Of a stretch of 64,000 bases of DNA, positions 1 to 11,014 are shown in pieces; position 1 is the first letter of the stretch; each line of letters starts with the position of its first letter. The notes below the pieces were generated by a model. The model was not told the origin of the DNA. It worked only from the letters and a program-made list of their open reading frames with translations, and made no database searches. Source of the DNA: Somniosus microcephalus (lineage: Eukaryota); assembly GCA_052327205.1 (NCBI GenBank), contig CM126207.1, positions 67,022,001 to 67,086,000 of the forward strand, in the 5' to 3' direction. Both the position numbers and the translations under genes were made by a program.

Positions 1-260
1 CAACAACAGGTGGGCCTGGCCCTGTGCTAGATATTTTTGGTCTGCAGTTCAGGCTCTGGTAGACAGCATAAATCTGTGACAGCCTGCCTTTTGAAGTTTA
101 GACTGTGAAGGCAGGTCTCTTCAGACATTCCTAAGTAGTTGTACCTGAGTTTGAATACTTAGGTCTTGGGTGATGTCCAAGTGGGTGCCAGACACCTGAG
201 GTACAAGTTTACTAGCTTTCTTCCCTCTACCTGAACTCCTCTTCCTCCTCGAAATCCATA
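1..260 (-). mobile_element. Decayed PIF/Harbinger transposase N-terminal fragment
   Basis: Minus-strand translation near 70-130 gives MSEETCLHSLNFKRQAVTDLC, resembling the 'SEEQCLRRLRFxKxxVTELC' start of vertebrate Harbinger transposases. The frame is broken. Confidence 0.45.
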
Positions 261-460
261 ACAGCCATTAGTAGGCCCAATGGAATGCACTGTGATCACT
301 GCGCGGAAGCAACTGCTGTCAGCAGCAGTGCTATGGGAAAAGGCCTCTGCAGAAGGAGTCTTAATTGTCAAAAGGCAGCAGCAGAAAGTAATGTGGAGAT
401 AATGCTCAAACTACAGTACGAAAAAAAATCAAACTACAAATGTCACCCCAAACTGTCATT

Positions 461-2240
461 ATCGACTCTATTTTTTCTCCCCTTGTCCAATCTCTTCCCA
501 CCTACATTCGCGACTCTTCCGACGCCCTCTGTTACTTTAACAGTTTCCAGTTTCCTGGCCCCAACCGTCTCCTTTTCACCATGGATGTCCAATCCCTCTA
601 CACCTCCATCCCCCACCAGGACGGCCTGTGGGCGCTCCACTTCTTCCTTGAACAGAGGCCCAACCAGTCCCCATCCAGCACCACCCTCTTCCACCTGGCT
701 GAACTTGTTCTCACATTGAACAACTTCCCCTCTGACTCCATTCACTTCCTCCAAATTAAAGGTGTTGCTATGGGAACCCACATGGGTCCTAGCTATGCCT
801 GCCTGTTCATGGGATATGTGGAAAATTCTTTGTTCCAGTCCTACTCAGGTCCCCTCCCTCACCTCTTTTTCCGGTACATCGATGACTGTATCGGTGCCGT
901 TTCCTGCTCTCGCCCTGAACTAGATAAGTTCATTCACTTTACTTCCAATTTCCACCCTTCCCTCACCTTCACATGGTCCATCTCTGACTCTTCCCTTCCC
1001 TTCCTTGACTTCCCCGTCTACATTTCTGACGATCGGCTTTCGACAAACATCCACTACAAGCCCACTGACTCCCACAGCTACCTGGACTACACTTCCTGTA
1101 AGGACTCTATTCCATTCTCCCAGTTTCTCCATCTCCACTGCGTCAGTTCTGACGATGCCACCTTCCATACCAGTGCTTCCAACATGTCTTCCTTTGTCCT
1201 CAACCGAGGATTCCCCTCTACTGTGGTTGACATGGCCCTTGACTTTGTCCGTTCTATTTCCTGCACTTCTGCTCTCACCCCTTCCCCTCCCTCCCTGAAC
1301 CATGATAGGGTTCCCCTTGTCCTCACCTTTCACCCCACCAGCCTCCACATTCAACGTATCATCCTCCGCCATTTCCGCCACCTCCAACGTGATCCCACCA
1401 CCAAACACATCTTCCCCTCACTTCCCCTTTCAGCATTCCGAAGGGACCGCTCCCTCTGCGACACCCTGGTCCACTCCTCAATCACCCCTAACAGCCCTTC
1501 TCCTTCGCCTGGCACCTTCCCATGCAAGCGCAGGAGATGCAACACATGCCCTTTTACCTCCTCCCTTCCCACTGTCCAGGGCCCCAAACACCCCTTCCAG
1601 GTGAAACAGCGATTTAATTGTACTTCTTGCAATTTAATATACTGTATTCGCTGCTCACGATGCGGTCTCCTCTACATTGGGGAGACCAAACGCAGATTGG
1701 GCGACCGCTTTGCGGAACACCTCCTTTCAGTCCGTAAGGTTGACCCTGAGCTTCCGGTCGCCTGTCACTTTAATTCACCGCTCCACTCCCACTGATCTCT
1801 CTGTCCTCGATCTATTGCATTGTTCCAATGAAGCTCAACGTAAGCTCGAGGAACAGCACCTCATCTTTCGATTAGGCACGTTACAGCCTTCCGGACTCAA
1901 AATCGAGTTCAACAATTTCAGATAATAATCTCTGCCCCCATTTTTCACGCTGTATGATTTTGCCATTCCTATTTGCAACATTTTATCTTTCCTGCCTCTT
2001 ACATAAGCACAGTATGTTCTTTCAATTCTTTCCTCCCCTCCTAACCCCCCCCCCCCCATGTCTCTGCACCTGCTTAATATCTGTTCCATCTCCAGCTTTT
2101 TCCAGTTCTGATGAAGGGTCCCAGACCTGAAATGTTACCTCTGTTTCTCTCTCCACGGATGCTGCCTGGCCTGCTGAGTATTTCCAGCATTTTCTGTTGT
2201 TATTTCAGATTTCCACCATCCGCAGTATTTTGCTATTGTA
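461..2240 (+). mobile_element. Penelope-like retroelement (Neptune-type), 5'-truncated, RT + GIY-YIG endonuclease
   Basis: ORF 440-1795 has GVAMG and RYIDD RT motifs, a Cys-rich linker CKRRRCNTC and GIY-YIG (IYCIRCSRCGLLYIGETKR). There is a frameshift near 1790. The 3' tail is shared with the copy at 48325-50255. Confidence 0.93.
2104..2140 (+). ncRNA. Minimal hammerhead ribozyme motif (degenerate) in Penelope tail
   Basis: AGTT-CTGATGAA-GGGTC-CCA-GACCT-GAAA-TGTT-ACCT. It has two substitutions relative to the cleaner copy at 50123. Confidence 0.6.
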
Positions 2241-2247
2241 TTAACTA

Positions 2248-2490
2248 TTTTCTCTGGTTGGGGAGTCAGTGACAAACGGGCCATCAATTTAAAATTGTTG
2301 CTAAGAGAGTAAGGGAAGAGGTTGGGAGAAATTTCTTTATGCAAGGAGTTGTTAGAGCATGGAATGTTTAGTCACAGAGAATAGTTAAGACAGACGCCAT
2401 TGCATTTTTTAAGGGAGGAAGTAGGTAAATTAGTTTTGGATTGCTCCACACACACGATGGGCCAAAAGGCTTACTTCTGTGTTGTAAACT
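2248..2490 (+). mobile_element. Old CR1 LINE 3' fragment
   Basis: Degenerate match to the CR1 C-terminus/3'UTR (AGAAATTTCTTTATGCAAGGAGTTGTTAGAGCATGGAATG ... ATGGGCCAAAAGGC). Confidence 0.6.
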
Positions 2491-4629
2491 TCAATGCCAC
2501 CAAGTATCCTCCTCCACACAGTTTAAAGATGTCGCCATTGAAGTTTATTGGATTTATCTGAGTTTGGCAGTGTCACTGCAGCTGACATTGTCTGGTTGAG
2601 CAAAGTTCTATGCCAGCAGAATGCAAATATAAAATGTGCCCCACTATGAGTTGCAGCAGACAAAAAGACACCCACATATCTGCTCTTTGTCACTAAAGGA
2701 TCTTTTATACTACAGGAATGTGTCAGCAGCTGGATTACCCAGGAAGCAGCTGGTGATGTTTCTCAGCCTATGGTACATGAGTTTCCTCCATCGTGGGTTA
2801 AGCATCTTTTCTGGGGGAGGTGCACCTCCTAGTGGCTGTAATGGTAGAGCAGGATCTGTCTAATCAGAAAAGACTGGAGAAAGTCAAATACAATAATGAT
2901 TTTCAGTTATTAGTGATAAAGTAGTTATAACGCGTTCAGTTTGTGGCTGATAATAAATCTTAAAACAATTCAAGATCATGAATTGAAGGCAGAATGAGGT
3001 TAATAATTTTTGAGAAACAAATATTTTCCCTGCTTATTCTGATGTGGTGCTTTTAAAAATCCCATTCTAGTAGGGAAACGTACTGCAAGCAAGTAAAAAA
3101 AAGTCACAAACTCAAATGGCAAAACATCAAATATGCAAATTTACAACATGTATAAACATAAATTTTCAGAAAATGCTTCATGGATTGTAACCCAATTTGA
3201 AGGTTGTGTCCGAATCTCTCTCACTTCATTCAGAGTTGGTGATGCTATCAGAATTACTTTCTTGTGCCATTGTGTAAAAAATACTGCCAGCCTTCTATTC
3301 TTTATTTATTCAGTATCTATTAAAGTTCAGACTGGCAATTATTGTGTAAGGAGTGTTCATAGGAGGAACAGTAATACTAGCACTGCATGAAGGAACTGTT
3401 TGCCTTCACTGCTTGGGCGATATTCTGGCAGTTCACCATTCCTTGGAGATGTTTTAACTGCAGTTAACACTTCAGTCAGTCATTTTAAAAACTGGTTGTG
3501 ATTTTGCATCAGCAGCAGTGATACAGGCAACAAATGTAAAATTGTATACTTCCAAATGCTTCCTGCACCCACTACTGCACACAGAGGGATCTGTGTGCAT
3601 GCTCCTGTGGGAAATGTTCAGCTTCTACATTCATAATTTTTCAAAATGATTTTACTTACTTCACATTGGATAGATTTTTAATTGAAAAGAATTGTGGAAA
3701 AGTAAGTGACATTTTGGTTTTATCCATTTTCAACTGAAAATTATGACAAAAATGATAAGATTTCCCCTCATTTGTTGCAGGAAATTATAGGATATTGTAA
3801 AGATGTATTGGTACTCTTTGTTACTGAATTGAATAAATCATTATAAAATTGTTTATATGGTAGTTCTAGTGGAGACATTCTTCTCTCCACTCCCACGTTC
3901 ATGGGACACATGAATCATCCAGTTCACACTGGGACTCTTCTCCCTCTCAGTTAATGCTGGCACTCTCCTCCATTCCCCTCTTTTCCCTAGCCATACAAGC
4001 TGGCACTCAATACCAATGAAGTCTCAATGAAGTCAGGCATTCTTCTCTGCCCCACCTCCCTGTTCACACTGACACTTACTTTCTTCCTCCGCTCAATTCC
4101 TACTAGCATTCTTTATCCCCTCAATTCCAGCTGGCATCTTTCACTCACTACCTCAGTTCATGCTGGTACCTTTTACTCCCTCAGTTCTCACTGGTGCTCT
4201 CCTCTCCCCTCTCAGCATCACCCCTGACAAATTCCAATCTCGTAAAACATTTGTTAAAAACTACTATCCATGGTAGAATTTAACTCCTGAAGCAGGAGAT
4301 TGGGGCGGGGATAACACTCGTGTTAGCTGTCCGAAGAGGATGGAAAGAGTACGTGAGTGTTGCCTGGTACGTCCCGATCAGCAGGATTTAACAGAGTGGT
4401 AAATGTGCCTGCTGACTGACTGCTTTTTCCATTGCTGCCGGCTACTGCCAAATCACAATATTGGAGAATTATAGAAATTACAGCACAGAAGGAGGCCATG
4501 AGGCCTGTGCTCATGTTAACTCTTCAACTGAAGCTAACTACTCCCCTAAAATCACCTTTTGCCCTCCCCCTTCCTGCTCCAATGTCATTTGAACTCAGAG
4601 CTGGGGTTTTATTCAAATAAGAAGGGGAT

Positions 4630-5300
4630 TCTGAAGGGGATTGACAGGGTAGATGCTGAGAGGTTGTTTCCCCTGGTTGTAGTGTCTAAATCTAGGGGGC
4701 ATAGTCTCAGGATAAGGGGTAGGCCATTTAAAACTGCGATGAGGAGGAATTTCTTCACTCAGAGGGTTGTGAATCTTTGGAATTCTCTGCCCCAGAGGGC
4801 TGTGAATGCTGAGTCTTTGAGTATATTCAAGAGATAGATAGAATTTTGGACTCTAGGGGAATCAAGGGATATGGAGATCGGGCGGGAAAGTGGAGTTGAG
4901 GTCGATGATCAGCCATGATCTTATTGAATGGTGGAGCAGGCTCGAGGGGCCGTATGGCGGAGCAGGCTCGAGGGGCCGTATGGCGGAGCAGGCTCGAGGG
5001 GCCGTATGGCGGAGCAGGCTCGAGGGGCTGTATGGTGGAGCAGGCTCGAGGGGCCGTATGGCGGAGCAGGCTCGAGGGGCCGTATGGCGGAGCAGGCTCG
5101 AGGGGCCGTATGGCGGAGCAGGCTCGAGGGGCCGTATGGTGGAGCAGGCTCGAGGGGCTGTATGGCGGAGCAGGCTCGAGGGGCCGTATGGTGGAGCAGG
5201 CTCGAGGGGCCGTATGGCGGAGCAGGCTCGAGGGGCCGTATGGTGGAGCAGGCTCGAGGGGCTGTATGGCCGACTCCTGCTCTTACTTCTTATATTCTTA
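4630..5300 (+). mobile_element. CR1 LINE 3' end containing a tandem expansion of its 3'UTR
   Basis: Encodes ILKGIDRVDAERLFPL...RGHSLRIRGRPFKTAMRRNFFTQRVVNLWNSLPQRAV, matching the ORF2 C-terminus at 43200-43478, followed by the CR1 3'UTR. Confidence 0.9.
4929..5266 (+). repeat. 26-bp minisatellite, 13 copies (TGGCGGAGCAGGCTCGAGGGGCCGTA)
   Basis: Direct tandem repeat. The unit corresponds to the single-copy CR1 3'UTR segment at about 43508-43533. Confidence 0.95.
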
Positions 5301-5906
5301 AGAACAGGATTCCAAGCAAGTCCAAGAACTGGAAAATCAGAACATGGGCAGGTAATTTCTGTATCCTGCTCCAATCATAGCTCTTCCAGCAGTAAAGCAT
5401 TACTTATAATGCTAACGTCACTAGGAAATTGACTTTGCCTGTTAAGTAAAACAGGTGTATTGTATAATTCCTTTGTTTACAATGTGCTGGGACAGATAGT
5501 ATCCAAGAATGTAGTACAGGTGAAATGGTGTGATTTAAGCAGCAGGTAAGTTCAACAGAGGGCAAAATCAGCTGTCAAAGGGGTTGCCTGAAAGACAATG
5601 GGACTTCAGCTCAAATCTACCATACTTTAAAACTCCTGATGAGCACAGTCAGAACTGTCTTGCCCTATGAAAAGCAAAAATGTTGAATTTCTCAAGGTTA
5701 TTTTGAGTATTCCAGTAGTTGAAATGAACTGAAGTCATGAAAGTAACTATCTAGAAGAAAATGTAGGTATGTGGCATTACATTACCAACTATAAATATTA
5801 CTGTTCTGCTGGATGCCATGTTTCATGTAGGCTCCTTTCACGTTATGAAGGGTGAGGTGTCTCATTTTTTTCTTTTGGTTTACTTTCCCCCATCCCCCTC
5901 ATTTAG

Positions 5907-5992
5907 AGATTGTCCGGGCGATGACATACGTGATCAACCAAGGAATGGCCATGTACTGGGGGACATCCCGTTGGAGTGCTATGGAGATTATG
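5907..5992 (+). CDS. KCNAB1: Voltage-gated K+ channel beta-1 subunit, internal exon ([29 protein letters not shown])
   Basis: tttag acceptor and gt donor, 86 nt. The peptide matches the Kv-beta aldo-keto reductase fold, and the phase is compatible with the next exon. Confidence 0.95.
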
Positions 5993-6374
5993 GTACCCAT
6001 CTTTTAAATACTTTATTAGATGTAAATCAACTATACAATATACACTTCTAAGGATGTAAATAGTCATATAAAATCTTCGGAAAAGTAGCAATTCAAAGTA
6101 GTATCTGTGATCTAACCTGTATAAGCAGAACTCAATCTGGAACCAAATACTATTACTGTGGGGGAAAAAAATATTTTTTTCTTCTAACTGGCATTTGTAT
6201 GAAGATTGCCTTGGAATTACAATGAGGTTTGAATGCACTTATTGGTTTTGTCAGAAATTCCTCTCCTCTCATTCAGAAAGGAGTTTTAGACAGCAAGTTA
6301 AATATTTGTTATCTATTCATACCACAGTGTTATTTCAAGGCCTTGATCTTTTCACCACACAAAAAAACTATTTC

Positions 6375-7242
6375 ATCTGACTATTTTCTCCAATTAAACA
6401 TTGGGAAGACCAATGCCATTGTTTTCAGTCCCCACCACAAACTTCATTCCCTAGGCACTGACTCCATCCCTCTCCCTAACATCTGTCTGAGGCTGAACCA
6501 GACTGTTTGCGACCTTGGTGTCATATTTGACTCTGAAATGAGCTTCTGACCACACATCTGCAGCATAACTAAGTCCGCCTATTTCCACCTCCGTAACATC
6601 ACCCATCTCCGCCCTTGTCTCAACTCATCTGCTGCTGAAACTCTCATCCATGCCTTTGTTACCTTTAGACTTGACTATTCCAACGCACTCCTGGCTGGCC
6701 TCCCACATTCTACCCTACGTAAACTTGAGATCATCCAAACTTGGCTGCCCGTGTCCTAACTCGCACCAAGTCCCGTTCACCCATCACTCCTGTGCTCGCT
6801 GACCTACATTGGCTCCCGGTTAAGCAACGCCTCGATTTTAGAATTCTCATCCTTGTTTTCAAATCCCTCCATGGCCCCGCCCCTCCCTATCTCTGTAATC
6901 TCCTTCAGCCCCACAACCCCCCCAGAGATATCTGCGCTCCTCTAATTCTGCCCTCTTGAACATCCCTGATTATAATCGCTCAACCAATGGTGGCCGTGCC
7001 TTCTGTTGCCTAGGCCCTAAGCTCTGGAATTCCCTGCCTAAACCTCTCCGCCTCTCTACCTCTCTTTCCTCCTTTAAGATGCTCCTTCAAACCTACCTCT
7101 TTGACCAAGCTTTTGGTCACCTGCCCTAATTTCTCCTTATGTGGCTCGGTGTCAATTTTTTTTGTCTTATAATCCTCCTGTGAAGCGCCTTGGGACGTTT
7201 TACTACGTTAAAGGCGCTATATAAATACAAGTTGTTGTTGTT
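6375..7242 (+). mobile_element. L2-clade LINE 3' portion
   Basis: Encodes FLQLNIGKTNAIVF...ITPVLADLHWLPVKQRLDFRIL and ends ATAAATACAAG(TTG)n. Confidence 0.88.
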
Positions 7243-7480
7243 GGCAGGATTGACAACGTAAGTGAGCTCCCTTGCTTATCCAGAATGGTCTCATTTACCT
7301 AAAGGCATCAGAAAGCTTCTAATCCTCTGTCATTTTATTTCCTGGGCTAGCACCTCAACCACAAAACTTTGTGGTGTGATAAAATCAAAAAGTAGGTGTG
7401 GTGGCCAAATGACCTTTTGGTGTTCAACAATAGTCTCTTGGGATTAAGCAACACTTTATAAATTAAATCTTAAACAGTAC

Positions 7481-7642
7481 AAAAACAGAAAATGCTGTAA
7501 ATCAACACCCATCTGAACGAGAAACACAGGTTGGCAGTTTGGTTGTAACCTTCCATCGGTCTCTGATGAAGTTTTGATGTTAACCTATTTTTCTCTTTTA
7601 GATGCTGACTGACGATGTATACTTCTGATATTTTCTGTTCTT
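7481..7642. mobile_element. Old head-to-head inverted pair of Penelope tails
   Basis: The left arm AACAGAAAATGCTG...CATCTG...CCTTCCATCGG is the reverse complement of the tail. The right arm is CTGATGAAG...TGTTAAC...GATGCTG...TTTTCTGTT. Confidence 0.6.
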
Positions 7643-7824
7643 ATTAGGCTTTTTGACACTAATAAATGCAGTCACATGCAACTAGCAGTCTATGAGGACA
7701 AAGGTAAAACGAGTTTACTGTATAGTGCATCTCCACCTGAGGGAGGCTGCGACGCCCCGATTGCTTGCATTATTGGTGTCATCATTGTGCATTTGTTCCA
7801 ATAAACGGCATTCTTTAATATAAT

Positions 7825-8590
7825 GGCCCAGTAATTCCGGTCCCAACGCGTGAATACGGACGGGGTACTCACGCGTGGGCCTGTTGGAAGTGCCTGATTT
7901 CAGCATGCACAGCGCATGCGCGGAAAACCGGCATTTCCTCTCCTCTGAACCAAGGGGTAAAGAGGCGGTTCCCTTGCGACGTTTGAGGCAGCGCGTACGC
8001 GTTGAACTTCGGTTTTTTTGACAGGTTTGTCCGTGCGTGAAGGCCTCCACTTTTTACGAATGTAAAAAGCAGACGTAAGGACTTAGTTTTACAAGGTAAG
8101 TGGTCTAATAATTAAAGTTAGAACATTTTTCCCACAGGTTTATTATTTTTAAAGAATTTACAGTAAGGTAAGTATATTTTTGGACCCGATTTCTTGAAAA
8201 AAAAATGTTGGCAGAAATTTGAATAATTGTTTAAAATAGTTTTTTAAAGTTATTAATAGTTAATTTAATTATTGGAATGTTTTTTTAACTTTTATTTAAA
8301 GTTTAAGTAGTGTTTTGGGCACCCGGAGTTTTCATGAGTTTGACAGGTCTTATGTCTAACTCATGAATGGACTTTTGTAAACTCCCATTAGTTGCCCAGT
8401 GCTCACGTGATCCCAGCCGGCTCATCGCACTAAGTACGCCGCTGGATCACGCACGCACAGCGCGCCGGGAGCTGAACCGGGCCACAGACTGGAAATCCAC
8501 GCAGGCCCAGTCTTCAAATGTCAGCGCGATATGTAAGTGTAGGTCGGGGGCTTGCACCCGCGGGAAGCCCCCGACCCGAATTTCTGGGCC
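7825..8590. mobile_element. Non-autonomous Harbinger-type MITE (family A)
   Basis: TIRs GGCCCAGTAATTC / GAATTTCTGGGCC. Internally similar to 16938-17650. Confidence 0.8.
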
Positions 8591-8875
8591 ATAGAGTAAC
8601 AAACCGAGGGAAAGAGATTCTTCCCATTGATAATTTTAGAACTATCAATGGGGAGTTTTTACCCACAAATGTTTATTACAAGTACTTGGTAACAAGTTGT
8701 TTGTGTGCAAGTGAATAGTGCCTTTAATTTTCACCCCATCTATTCCACTTTTTGAAATGTTTCTGATGAAAATCATAGATTGACAAGGGTAGCCACTTCA
8801 TCTTTTACTTCCTAGTACAGTATTGTTAGAATTTGATTTAAATTTTTGTGACAGTCTTTTATTGATTTTCCTCAG

Positions 8876-8996
8876 GAGGCCTACTCAGTGGCAAGACAGT
8901 TTAATTTGATCCCTCCAGTCTGTGAGCAAGCAGAGTATCATATTTTCCAGAGAGAGAAGATTGAGGTCCAACTCCCTGAGCTTTATCATAAAATTG
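8876..8996 (+). CDS. KCNAB1: KCNAB1 exon ([41 protein letters not shown])
   Basis: ttttcctcag acceptor, gtgagt donor, 121 nt, Kv-beta peptide. Confidence 0.97.
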
Positions 8997-9089
8997 GTGA
9001 GTGCTTACACGATGGTTAATGCAGTGGTCCTGCCAAGACACAATTCAGTAGTTTCAAGATGTACCTTAATATTCTGCATCTTAATTGTT

Positions 9090-9470
9090 GAAAAGAAAGA
9101 CTTGTGTTCACATCATGGCTTATCACATGTCTCAGAAGCATTTCACAGTGCTTCACATAAAATGAATTACTGTACTTTGAAGTGCAGTGTAGGGATGTTA
9201 AGTATGATCCCACAAACAGCAATGAGACGATTGATCAGTTAATCTGTTTTTGATAGTTTTTGAAGGAGGAATGTTGGCCAGACATTGGGATCTTTAACAC
9301 CCACCTGAAATGCCAGAACAGGCTGTGGCCTCATTTTAACATCTCTAATGATCAGCACATTGAAACAGCAGCTTTTGCTCACTGCTGCGCTGGGGCATTA
9401 GCCTCGATTAAGTGTTTAAGTCCTGGAGCAGCCCTTGAACCAATAACCTCCTGACTCAGGCAAGCTGACA
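9090..9470 (-). mobile_element. Degenerate tRNA-derived Deu-type SINE
   Basis: Reverse complement of the tail (AAAGAAAGACTTG...) and of the tRNA-like head (CCTTGAACC...CCTCCTGACTCAG). Similar to 27158-27420. Confidence 0.6.
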
Positions 9471-10003
9471 CACAATTGTACTTTACTAACCGAAATCCCA
9501 CATTTTCAGATAACCAAATATTCTGAAATTATAGTACTTAACTATATTTAGTTAAATCAACAATGTCAGTAATATTGCATGCTTCCGTCAGCAACAATAC
9601 AACAGTAACTGTCATCCAAATCTGTGTAAAATAATATTGCACCACTGTGCATGGATGTATTGTGCAGATTGAATCCTTTAATTGGTATGTTGAATTTTTT
9701 TACAACAGATTCAATGCATTCAGAAGGATAAGGGAAAATTAAATGCTATCTGTTCAAAGCTCATCTCAGGATGACTATATTAAGCAGTTCGTGTTACACA
9801 TCTCATACTGTCAGATTAACTTTCCCAACCTTGTGGGCTTTTTTATAAAGTATTAAAGCATCGAGTAGCTTTAATGAAAGTGACCTTGTGTAACTTGTTT
9901 TCCTTGTTGTGAATATCTCTGCTGCCTGACATGCAGCAGTCTGAGCTCCCAGTGAAGATTCAATATTGCACATCCCATATACCCTTGTAGGGCACAGCAG
10001 GTG

Positions 10004-10161
10004 ACTATATATGCTGTGCCTGTATGCTTCTCTTCACTTCACCTGATGAAGGAGCAGCACTCCGAAAGCTTGTGATTTCAAATAAAACTGTTGGACTATA
10101 ACCTGGTGTTGTGTGACTTTCTACATTTGTCCACCCCAGTCCAACACCGGCATCTCCACAT
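10004..10161 (+). mobile_element. Short (158 bp) Penelope-tail/solo pseudo-LTR insertion with hammerhead motif
   Basis: Flanked by an 11-bp TSD CACAGCAGGTG (9993-10003, 10162-10172). Contains a hammerhead motif followed by AATAAA. Confidence 0.75.
10039..10075 (+). ncRNA. Minimal type I hammerhead ribozyme motif
   Basis: TCAC-CTGATGAA-GGAG-CAGCA-CTCC-GAAA-GCTT-GTGA: stem I TCAC/GTGA, stem II GGAG/CTCC, palindromic stem III AAGCTT. Confidence 0.75.
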
Positions 10162-11014
10162 CACAGCAGGTGCTGGCAGTTCCACTTTGAGTTCTTAAAT
10201 AACTTTACAGAAGAGTGTTTAATTTAGTGATCTGGATGAAAACTAACGAAAACGTAGTCAAAATCGACTTCAAATGACAGTGTAGCAGATCAGTAAAGCA
10301 TAAAATCACTTGGATCGGTACCTTGTCAAGAATATTTATTAAGGGCACCGGGAGAATCCTTAACTCCTCATCAAGGAAACAGTCTGGTGTTTACCATTCA
10401 ATCTATGCCTAGGAGTTAATGATGCCAAAATTTGACTCGGCGAACCATCTTGCATCAACCAGTTTGAATTATATTAGCACTTACACCACCGACCTCCCAT
10501 TAGGATAGGCACAAGCGACTGAGAGAATAAATTAACTTTTTCTTGCCAGAACATCAAAGAAGAAGCCAGATCATAAAGCCACGAATTAACAATTGTTTAT
10601 TAACCTCATGACCACAATTAGCAGAACTTTAACTTAGACATTGGCCTAGAATGTGCTGAAAATAACGGCGTCTGAATGACGCTCATCATTAATAATGTGC
10701 AAATCGGCCAGCGACTTGTGGCATGGAAGAAATGCCCAACGAATTGCCACAAGTTTCTGGTCAATTTGCACTGCTCCACCGTTAGGTTCACAAAAACATA
10801 TCACCATTAATCTACCCATGATTTTCATGAAGTTGCTGCATTTGCACATTAATTGCTGATTAAACGCCGCACAGAAAGTTAAGTCTAGTAATTACGAGTG
10901 TAAGTACCCTTTTAATGACATGATAACTGTTAATGTCTGCCAATCAACCTCACTTGCCCAAAAAGGGAACAATTAAAATTGTAGAGTCTCATTCCTTCAG
11001 GTAGTGAATTGTTT

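Noticed and set aside
3870-4230. Pyrimidine-rich degenerate repeat (CAGTTCA..CTGG..CTC blocks); similar purine-rich tract at 22030-22460
   Set aside because: The periodicity is too eroded to define a unit by eye. It is probably an old low-complexity repeat.
4862-5432. CRISPR-like repeat or Gly/Arg-rich protein
   Set aside because: The units are head-to-tail with no spacers, the sequence derives from the CR1 3'UTR, and the context is vertebrate with no cas genes.
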